32,000 nucleotides of DNA, taken from assembly GCF_000011325.1 (NCBI RefSeq), contig NC_003450.3, forward strand, positions 1,200,001 through 1,232,000. The letters are read 5' to 3'. This document shows, in pieces, positions 17,440 to 25,065 of the stretch. The position numbers and the translations under genes were made by a program. The notes beneath the pieces are model-generated. The model searched no databases, was not told where the DNA came from, and saw nothing but the letters and a program-made list of their open reading frames with translations. The first letter of the stretch is position 1, and every line of letters starts with the position of its first letter. The DNA is from Corynebacterium glutamicum ATCC 13032 (lineage in GTDB: Bacteria > Actinomycetota > Actinomycetes > Mycobacteriales > Mycobacteriaceae).

Positions 17440-17982
17440 TCACCAAGGTTTGGCGAACCCGCACTGTTTTCGTCCAACCCGAATGTCGTTTTCTGGTAAC
17501 GGAAGTTCGTATGCGTTGGCCACGGCGAAAAGGCGTTCCACGTACCAACATCGTGCACTTCGATCAGAGGGGAGCCACTCGCTGGGAAGTTGATCGGATT
17601 TTTCTTGGTTCTCAGCTTTTGAGACGAGCACGAGGTTGAGGGGGTCGTTGGCAAAGCTGATTCTCTCGCCAGCGCTCCACCGGTGTGCGCCTAGATCCCA
17701 GGCGGCGCTGAGCGGGAGAATATGATCCACCTCGGCACTAGAGAGGTCTAATCGATTCCCGGAGTATGGATCAGTGTCGCCGGCTTCATCCACGATGCCT
17801 TCCCGCACGCCACCCAACCATCCGCCAAACATGGAGGCTCTGTCATAGCCTAGGACTGTGGCTCGTTGGGGGATTGCTGTAACTGGTGCGAGGTCTCCAG
17901 GACCTCGGCCAATGTGGGGAGCAACGGTATATATACAGAGGAAAACACTAAAGGCGATGAGTACCCGAATAAAGTTCTTCAT
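17440..17982 (-). CDS. Secreted DUF1524/HNH-like (His-Me finger) protein
   Basis: Signal-like N-terminus MKNFIRVLIAFSVFLCIYTVA. The core VDHILPLSAAWDLGAHRW...NDPLNLVLVSKAENQEKSDQLPSEWLP resembles the GmrSD C-terminal/DUF1524 nuclease fold motif (DH...N...N..K.D). Confidence 0.65.
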   Translation of the reverse strand: MKNFIRVLIAFSVFLCIYTVAPHIGRGPGDLAPVTAIPQRATVLGYDRASMFGGWLGGVREGIVDEAGDTDPYSGNRLDLSSAEVDHILPLSAAWDLGAHRWSAGERISFANDPLNLVLVSKAENQEKSDQLPSEWLPSDRSARCWYVERLFAVANAYELPLPENDIRVGRKQCGFAKPW

Positions 17983-18027
17983 ACTCGGGTTAGACTCATC
18001 GCCTTGGCGTTTGGTTCCCTCTAAGGC

Positions 18028-19602
18028 TTAACTTTCTTTCGAAAGCTTCTGAGCTGCGTCAGCGAAATCAACATCCTCGTTTGATTCCACAGCGGCAGCA
18101 AGATCCTTGGCGGTTTCAAACTCGTTGAGGATTTCTTCGGAGGGTTCCTTTGTCAGGAGGGAAACAACGACCATCACGATGGTTGCCAAGGCGAAACCTG
18201 GGATGATTTCATACAACGTATCGCTTAGTGGGGACATACCCCACGCGATGGAGACAATAGCACCAGTAATCATGCCGGAGATAGCGCCGGCGGCGTTGAG
18301 ACGCTTCCAATAAAGGCTAGCAAGTATGATCGGACCAAATGCAGAGCCGAATCCTGCCCACGCAAATCCCACCAATCCGAGGATGGAATCAGACGGGTTA
18401 ATAGCCATGGCTGCTGCAATGATCGCCAGAATGATGACTGTGGCACGAGACAGCATGATCAGGGTGCGTTCGCTCAGCGAGTCCTTTTTAACTACCTTCA
18501 GCAGGTCCTCAATCAGGGAAGATGCGGTGACCAGCAGCTGTGACGACATGGTAGACATGATGGCCGCGAGAACAGCAGTCAGAATAAGTCCAGCGATCAA
18601 TGGGTGGAACAGCATCCGGGCAAGATCTAGGAAGATGGACTCATAAGCCCTTGTGTCAGTGATGTTGGCGTCGGGGTTTTGTGCAAAGAAAACTGTGGAG
18701 ATAATTGCGGTAAAGGTTGCACCAATCAGGCAGATTATCATCCAGGAAATACCGATGCGACGACCTTGCTTTGCTTCAGCTGGTGTGCGAAGTGCCATGA
18801 AACGAACCACAATGTGTGGCTGGCCGAAGTATCCAAGACCCCAACCTAAGTTACCAATGATTGCTGCTGCAGAAATGCCACTGATCATGGAGAAGTAGGT
18901 GGGATTGCCAATTCCATCGGTGTGCGGGCCGTAATCATTAGAGTTTGCAAAGCTCCAAATATCCATGGGGTTCGCCAGTGCGAAATATGCCATGACTGGC
19001 ACGATGATCAACGAGAAGAACATGATAGTCCCCTGAACTGCGTCTGTATAAGACACAGCAAGGAATCCTCCAATGAAGGTATACAGCACTGTCACACCTG
19101 CGACAATGGCCATACCGAGTAGATAATCTCCACCAAACGTGGACTCCCAATACACTCCACCAGCAACCATGCCTGAAGAAATGTAGAAGGTGAAGAACAC
19201 AATGATAATTAGTGCTGCAATGATGCGAAGCGCGCGAGATTTATCGCGAAGTCGGTTCTCAAAGAATGAAGGCAGGGTGATTGAGTTGGCCGAGATTTCG
19301 GAATAAGAACGAAGACGAGGTGCCACCCACATCCAGTTCGCCCATGCACCAATGGTGAGTCCGACTGCGATCCACAACTCGGACATGCCGGTGACAAACA
19401 GCGCGCCGGGCAGACCCATGAGCAGCCAACCTGACATATCTGAGGCACCTGCGGACATTGCGGCAACAAAAGGGTTGAGCCCGCGGCCGGCGAGCATGTA
19501 GTCGTCGTATTTTTCTGTCTTGCGGTAACTCCAATAGCCGATGAGCACCATCACCAACATATAGATAACGATGGCTATGATGAACCAGGTGTTATCGCTC
19601 AT
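18028..19602 (-). CDS. putP: Sodium/proline symporter
   Basis: SSS-family sequence (YMLAGRGLNPFVAAMSAGASDMSGWLLMGLPG). The ORF track runs to 19869, but ATG 19602 (MSDNTWFIIAI) has a strong RBS (AAAGGAGAAACCTC ATG). It gives 524 aa, the size I recall for C. glutamicum PutP. Confidence 0.93.
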   Translation of the reverse strand: MSDNTWFIIAIVIYMLVMVLIGYWSYRKTEKYDDYMLAGRGLNPFVAAMSAGASDMSGWLLMGLPGALFVTGMSELWIAVGLTIGAWANWMWVAPRLRSYSEISANSITLPSFFENRLRDKSRALRIIAALIIIVFFTFYISSGMVAGGVYWESTFGGDYLLGMAIVAGVTVLYTFIGGFLAVSYTDAVQGTIMFFSLIIVPVMAYFALANPMDIWSFANSNDYGPHTDGIGNPTYFSMISGISAAAIIGNLGWGLGYFGQPHIVVRFMALRTPAEAKQGRRIGISWMIICLIGATFTAIISTVFFAQNPDANITDTRAYESIFLDLARMLFHPLIAGLILTAVLAAIMSTMSSQLLVTASSLIEDLLKVVKKDSLSERTLIMLSRATVIILAIIAAAMAINPSDSILGLVGFAWAGFGSAFGPIILASLYWKRLNAAGAISGMITGAIVSIAWGMSPLSDTLYEIIPGFALATIVMVVVSLLTKEPSEEILNEFETAKDLAAAVESNEDVDFADAAQKLSKES

Positions 19603-19894
19603 GAGGTTTCTCCTTTTGGGTAGGGGACAAACGTGCAAAGATACAAATAAAAAATAAGCACTGTGAACTACAACACTAATCGACGTGGGTGTCTGAATAT
19701 ACATAGGCATGAAAATCACCCCTATCTGCGCGGGGGGCGCGCAACCCGGGCCGGGGCGGGTGAGGGGTGGCGTCGACAAGCAAAATCTTTTAAGCAGTGG
19801 TGATTTTTCAAATAACCGGTAGGCTGGAGTACTTGTCCAATGGTTTCGCACAAGGTTACGAGAAACCACTCTTCAACATAGGTGAAATGAATTC

Positions 19895-22800
19895 ATGACT
19901 TCTCACTTGCTTCACGGTCTCTGGATCAAAGATCGCGGTCTGCAACTGTGGATTGAGCAGGTCGAAGGGCACCGAATTGTGCTTCCAGAGGCGGTGGAAA
20001 AAGGCACGTTCCCGCCGGTAGTGGAGCAAATCCTCGACGGGAAAACCTTCCGCGCGCGCATGAATGTGCATCTGCGCACTCCGAAAGGGCGCCATGTTGA
20101 GCTGCCCACGCCAACAGCAGCTTTTACCCCTGAAGAAGCAGTCACGGTTTTCTCACAATTAAGTTTTTTGAAAGCAGAAACCCCTGCCGCCACCCGAGCG
20201 CAACGTGACTCCATTGCGCCCGATCTGTGGTGGCTGATTGTCATGTATCAAGGCCTGGCGCGTTTTGTGCAGGCCGGCCGCGTCACGCTTCGCACGGTGA
20301 TGATGGATAATGCCTGGTGGCCCCAGTGGCAACTATCTGCCAGCCTGTCGGAGCGTGGGTGGCTCGCGGAAATGAACCATGCCGCGCCGGGTATTTTGCG
20401 GATTAATGGTGGCCGAGATTTGGCCGGAAGCATGTCCAATGAGCTTCCGCACTGGATCGCCAACGCCATTTTGCGTGATTACCGCGATGAAACCATGCCG
20501 TATGCGCGCCATGAGTTTGTTGAGGCGTTGCTGTTTAACCATTCGCTGCGCAAGGGCTCGACCATGCTCACCCATGCGCTGAATCAGTGGAAAAACACCA
20601 TTACATCTGCGTCTTTGCAGCTGGTGATTTTGGTGGAGGAGCCCCCTGCGGAATCGGATTATGAAGATCCGATGGATTCCGTGTGGCCGGTGCGTTTGAT
20701 GGTGCGCACGGGCGTGGATGCGCCGCAGGCGATTCAAAAAGGATCGATCGATAGCGGGGGAATGGAGCAACTGCGCTCCCAATACGAAACCGCAAAAACC
20801 ACCTCCATGCTGCTGGATCCTGCGCGCGAAGACGCGATGCTGGGGCATATGGTGGACATCGCCCAAAACGGTGACTGGGATATTTTCTTAACCACCGAGG
20901 AGATCGTCAACTTTATCTCCCACGATGTAGCCAAGCTGCGCAAAGCCGGCATTCCCGTCATGCTGCCCAAAGCCTGGAGCACCTATGAAACCCGCGCGCA
21001 GGTGGAAGCGCGCACGCCGAATGATGCCGCGGACTCTTCAACCAAGGCAATCATTGGTCTTGACCAGCTCGTGGAATACAACTGGCGCATCAGCGTCGGC
21101 GATATTCAGCTGTCCGACGAAGAGATGCGCGAACTCATCGATTCCAAAACAGGCCTCATCCGCCTGCGCGGCGATTGGGTCATGGCGGACCAAGACGCGT
21201 TGCGACGCATCACCAGCTACATGGAGGAACTATCAAAGTCCTCCGAAAAACGCGCGCGCACCGAAATGGAAAAAGTGGCCATGCAGGCCAAACTCGCCGA
21301 AGCAAACGGCGAAGAAGGTTGGCAACTCCTGGCTGCCAAGGCTGAAACTCTCCGCAAGGAATTCAATGAGAAATTCAGTGGCGATGGACAAGGCGAAGTA
21401 ACCCTTGCTGAACTGCGCGAAATCGCACTGAAAGCCGCCGAAAACGAACCAGTGGAATTCACCGGCTCGCAATGGTTCAACTCCTTGCTCGGCGGCACCG
21501 AAACACCCGCGCCGGTGCGCGTCGACATCCCCGACACGGTCCTTGCTGACCTGCGCGAATACCAGCGACGCGGCGTGGACTGGCTGTACTGGATGTCCGC
21601 AAATAATTTAGGTGCAGTGCTTGCCGACGACATGGGCTTGGGAAAAACCCTCCAGTTGTTGTCCCTTTTGGCAGTCGAGCGCGCAGAAAACCCAGAGTTG
21701 GAACGCGGCCCGACGCTCGTGGTGTGCCCAACATCTGTGGTGGGAAACTGGGCAGCCGAGGCGGCTAAATTTGTGCCTTCACTAAAGGTATTGATGCATC
21801 ACGGCCCGCAGCGTTTGAATGATGCCGATTTCCTGAGTCAATCCAAGGGCATGGACTTGATTATCACCTCATACGGTGTGATCACCCGCGATTTCAAACT
21901 CATGGGCCAGGTAGGTTTTGAACGCGTCGTGCTCGATGAAGCGCAGGCAATTAAAAACTCTTCCACACGCGTATCAAAGGCAGTGCGCTCGTTGCCTTCC
22001 CGCCACCGCGTTGCACTGACTGGCACGCCCGTGGAAAACCGCCTGTCTGAAATGCGCTCCATCTTGGACTTCTGCAACCCCGGCGTGCTGGGTTCTGCAT
22101 CGTTTTTCCGCAACCACTTTGCCAAGGCCATTGAGCGTGAACAAGACGACACCATGACTGAGCGCCTCCGCCAGCTCACCGCACCGTTTATTTTGCGACG
22201 CCTCAAAACCGACCCGAATATCATCGACGATCTGCCTGAGAAAACCGAACAGATCATCCGCGTGGATATGACCACCGAACAGGCATCTCTGTACAAAGCG
22301 CTGGTTGAAGATGTGCAGAAACAACTCGATGAACGCCAAGGAATGTCACGTAAAGGCCTGGTCCTGGCGACCATCACGCGCATCAAGCAGATCTGTAACC
22401 ACCCAGCGCACTTCCTTGGCGACGGCTCAGAGGTGACACTGAAAGGTAAACACCGTTCCGGCAAGGTGGAAGCGCTCATGGAACTGATCGATACGGCAGT
22501 AAAAGAAGAGCGCCGCATGCTGATCTTCACCCAGTACGCAGCCTTTGGCCGTATTTTGGCGCCGTACCTGTCTGATCGATTGGGCACGAATATCCCATTC
22601 CTGCACGGCGGCGTGACCAAACCAGGACGCGACCGCATGGTGGCGGAATTCCAATCCGAAGACGGACCACCGGCAATGATCCTGTCTTTGAAAGCCGGCG
22701 GTACTGGCTTGAACCTGACAGCTGCATCCATCGTGGTCCACATGGATAGATGGTGGAACCCAGCCGTGGAAAACCAAGCAACTGACCGTGCCTTCCGCAT

Positions 22801-22999
22801 CGGCCAGCGCAAAAACGTGGATGTATACAAGATGATCACAGTCGGAACCATGGAGGAATCCATCCAAGATATCCTCGATGGAAAAACACACCTGGCCAGC
22901 GCCATCGTGGGCGAGGGCGAAGGCTGGATCACCGAACTCAACCCAGAAGAATTGGCTATGCTGATGAGTTACCGCGAAAAGGAGGGTGCAGATGACTGA
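19895..22999 (+). CDS. SNF2-family DNA-dependent ATPase/helicase (HelZ-like) with a long N-terminal accessory region
   Basis: 1034 aa. Motif I LADDMGLGKTLQ, motif II VLDEAQAIKN, motif III LTGTPVENRL, and C-terminal lobe LKAGGTGLNLTAA...WWNPAVENQATDRAFRIGQ. Confidence 0.92.
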   Translation: MTSHLLHGLWIKDRGLQLWIEQVEGHRIVLPEAVEKGTFPPVVEQILDGKTFRARMNVHLRTPKGRHVELPTPTAAFTPEEAVTVFSQLSFLKAETPAATRAQRDSIAPDLWWLIVMYQGLARFVQAGRVTLRTVMMDNAWWPQWQLSASLSERGWLAEMNHAAPGILRINGGRDLAGSMSNELPHWIANAILRDYRDETMPYARHEFVEALLFNHSLRKGSTMLTHALNQWKNTITSASLQLVILVEEPPAESDYEDPMDSVWPVRLMVRTGVDAPQAIQKGSIDSGGMEQLRSQYETAKTTSMLLDPAREDAMLGHMVDIAQNGDWDIFLTTEEIVNFISHDVAKLRKAGIPVMLPKAWSTYETRAQVEARTPNDAADSSTKAIIGLDQLVEYNWRISVGDIQLSDEEMRELIDSKTGLIRLRGDWVMADQDALRRITSYMEELSKSSEKRARTEMEKVAMQAKLAEANGEEGWQLLAAKAETLRKEFNEKFSGDGQGEVTLAELREIALKAAENEPVEFTGSQWFNSLLGGTETPAPVRVDIPDTVLADLREYQRRGVDWLYWMSANNLGAVLADDMGLGKTLQLLSLLAVERAENPELERGPTLVVCPTSVVGNWAAEAAKFVPSLKVLMHHGPQRLNDADFLSQSKGMDLIITSYGVITRDFKLMGQVGFERVVLDEAQAIKNSSTRVSKAVRSLPSRHRVALTGTPVENRLSEMRSILDFCNPGVLGSASFFRNHFAKAIEREQDDTMTERLRQLTAPFILRRLKTDPNIIDDLPEKTEQIIRVDMTTEQASLYKALVEDVQKQLDERQGMSRKGLVLATITRIKQICNHPAHFLGDGSEVTLKGKHRSGKVEALMELIDTAVKEERRMLIFTQYAAFGRILAPYLSDRLGTNIPFLHGGVTKPGRDRMVAEFQSEDGPPAMILSLKAGGTGLNLTAASIVVHMDRWWNPAVENQATDRAFRIGQRKNVDVYKMITVGTMEESIQDILDGKTHLASAIVGEGEGWITELNPEELAMLMSYREKEGADD

Positions 23000-23846
23000 A
23001 TCACGCCGCGTGAAAATGGATAACGTTATTTACGCCAATTTTGGCAGCAAACAGCGCGTATCTACTCCTGATGACCGCACCCAGGTGATTAATAAATCAC
23101 GACACAAACAATTCAGCCCAGCGGGTACTCGTACCGTGATGTTGACGGAGAAAAACGCCGACAGCGGACGACGGTCCCGCGGTGAGCAGTACTACCGAAA
23201 CGGCAATGTCACCGGCATGACTGTGCTGGAAGGCCGCGTGGAATGCACTGTCGCGGGCTCCCAAAACGAGCCGTTTGTTACCACAGTGACCTTCCCATAC
23301 CGAAGCTCGGAAAAACTCCGCGAAGCCTACGCAGCTATTGCGGATACTCCCAATGGCCTGCGGCTTGTGCGTGATGGCCATCTGACCTCCTCCATGCTGG
23401 ATCACTTGGTGGGAAGTCCTGATGAGTCGATTTATTTTGACTGCACCTGCCCCGACCGATCGCTTGTGTGTAAACATGCCGTTGCCAGCGCGTATCACGT
23501 TGCCGAGAAGATGACCGCGAACCCCGGTCTGATCTTGGATATTCGTGGTCAAGGGATGGCTGGATTAGAAGCACTGATTCGGACCTATCACACCAAGGTT
23601 GAAACTGAACCTGAAGACAATGACAGTTTTTGGAACGGCAGGGAACTTCCTGCTTTGCCTGATCCAAAGATTGCCCCTGCTATCGACGATTCCGATATCA
23701 ACTACCTCCACAAGGCTTTAAGGATGGTCTCATACACCTCCCTGGAGCAGCTTCGTGCGGTCAGTGATATTGAAGATATGTACGAGATTTTGGTAGCCAA
23801 CCACCCTGATAACCAGCAAGTGTATGAGGAAGAAGACACTGATTAA
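22992..23846 (+). CDS. SWIM zinc-finger protein, partner of the SNF2 helicase
   Basis: CxCx6CxH motif FDCTCPDRSLVCKHAV (nt 23442-23477). ATG 22992 follows GGAGGG (22981-22986) and overlaps the SNF2 stop (ATGACTGA). The ORF track begins at GTG 22986. Confidence 0.85.
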   Translation: MTESRRVKMDNVIYANFGSKQRVSTPDDRTQVINKSRHKQFSPAGTRTVMLTEKNADSGRRSRGEQYYRNGNVTGMTVLEGRVECTVAGSQNEPFVTTVTFPYRSSEKLREAYAAIADTPNGLRLVRDGHLTSSMLDHLVGSPDESIYFDCTCPDRSLVCKHAVASAYHVAEKMTANPGLILDIRGQGMAGLEALIRTYHTKVETEPEDNDSFWNGRELPALPDPKIAPAIDDSDINYLHKALRMVSYTSLEQLRAVSDIEDMYEILVANHPDNQQVYEEEDTD

Positions 23847-23886
23847 CCAGGGCTTATGGTTGTGGTCTACCCCCGAATAGGAAACC

Positions 23887-25062
23887 ATGTCCACCGTGCA
23901 TGATGAGATGGGCGTTATGAATACAACAGTGAAGTTTTTACACTCCTCGGACCTACAAATAGGCATGACACGGTGGTTCTTATCCGATGAAGCCCAGGCC
24001 CGTTTTGACGATGACCGGATTAGGGCCATCGAAAAGATGGGCAAGATCGCACGGAAAAATCAGTGCGAGTTCATTGTGCTCGCCGGCGACGTCTTCGAGC
24101 ACAACTCTTTAGAACAACGCACCACTGGACGTGCCTTAGAAGCCTTACGATCCTTAAAGCTGCCGGTTTATCTGCTGCCGGGTAACCATGATCCTTTAAC
24201 AGCGGATTCGTTGTTTTACCGCGCCAAAGATATTGATGGCGTGACAATCTTGTCGGACACCACCGTGCATGGGGTGGCCCCTGGGGTGGAAATTATTGGA
24301 GCACCCTTGCTGCACAAGATGGCTACTTCAGATCTAGTGGCAGAAGCATTGAAAGATTTGGAACCAACCTCCAACGTCCGTATCGCTGTGGGGCACGGCC
24401 AAGCAGAAGCTCGCACCACTGACCACCGGGCTGACTTAATCGATCTGAACACTGTTGAAGCCAAATTGGCTGACGGTACGATTGACTACCTCGCTCTCGG
24501 CGATACCCACTCGGCTCAGCCAGTAGGTACCAGTGGAAAAGTCTGGTTTTCTGGAGCTCCAGAGACCACAGACTTCCATGACTTAGATCCAGACCGTGTG
24601 GGCGGTGAGGTGAACTCTGGCAAAGTTCTCATTGTCAGCGCCTCAAAGGGTGACGTTTCAGTCGAAGAAGTCGAGGTGGGGAAGTGGACCTTCCACGCTT
24701 TATCTAAAGAAATCACCTCGGGTACCGATGTGGAAGATTTCTTGGATACCTTGCAGGCATACCCTGATAAATCTCGAACAGTCATCAAATATGGTCTCCG
24801 CGGAACCATCACCCTGGAACAAAACAGGCGTTTGGAAGAAGGCATCGCTGGGTTAGAAGATGTCTTTGCTTCACTCAAGCCTCGGGAACGCACCACTGAC
24901 CTCGTGCTGGAGCCAGGGGAGGAAGAATTAGCCAATCTCGATGCCACAGGTTACGCCGCTGAAGTATTGCGAGAGCTCGCTGACTCTGTGGTCAATGGTG
25001 CAGCGCCGGAAGAAGACCGCGATGCGCTCAACCTATTGTTCCGACTAAGCCGGGAGGTCTAA
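23887..25062 (+). CDS. SbcD/Mre11-like calcineurin-type metallophosphoesterase (variant motifs)
   Basis: Motif II LAGDVFEH, motif III LLPGNHDP, motif IV VGHGQ, motif V ALGDTHS. Motif I reads HSSDLQIG (DxQ instead of DxH). RBS AGGAAACC precedes the ATG. Confidence 0.85.
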   Translation: MSTVHDEMGVMNTTVKFLHSSDLQIGMTRWFLSDEAQARFDDDRIRAIEKMGKIARKNQCEFIVLAGDVFEHNSLEQRTTGRALEALRSLKLPVYLLPGNHDPLTADSLFYRAKDIDGVTILSDTTVHGVAPGVEIIGAPLLHKMATSDLVAEALKDLEPTSNVRIAVGHGQAEARTTDHRADLIDLNTVEAKLADGTIDYLALGDTHSAQPVGTSGKVWFSGAPETTDFHDLDPDRVGGEVNSGKVLIVSASKGDVSVEEVEVGKWTFHALSKEITSGTDVEDFLDTLQAYPDKSRTVIKYGLRGTITLEQNRRLEEGIAGLEDVFASLKPRERTTDLVLEPGEEELANLDATGYAAEVLRELADSVVNGAAPEEDRDALNLLFRLSREV

Positions 25063-25065
25063 GAC

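Noticed and set aside
19603-19869. 89-codon N-terminal extension of the putP ORF, and the 18-codon extension of pheP (9616-9669).
   Set aside because: The internal ATGs have good Shine-Dalgarno sequences and start exactly where the conserved transporter sequence begins. The extensions have non-native composition and would consume the promoter regions.
21838-22941. 367-aa ORF on the minus strand inside the SNF2 gene. Similar long antisense ORFs occur at 20333-20866, 10774-11328, 10635-11057, 24516-24947 and 29150-29938.
   Set aside because: They lie entirely antisense to genes with unambiguous motif content. They are Ser/Arg/Pro/Cys-rich low-complexity translations typical of shadow ORFs in GC-rich coding DNA, and they have no RBS or recognisable domain.
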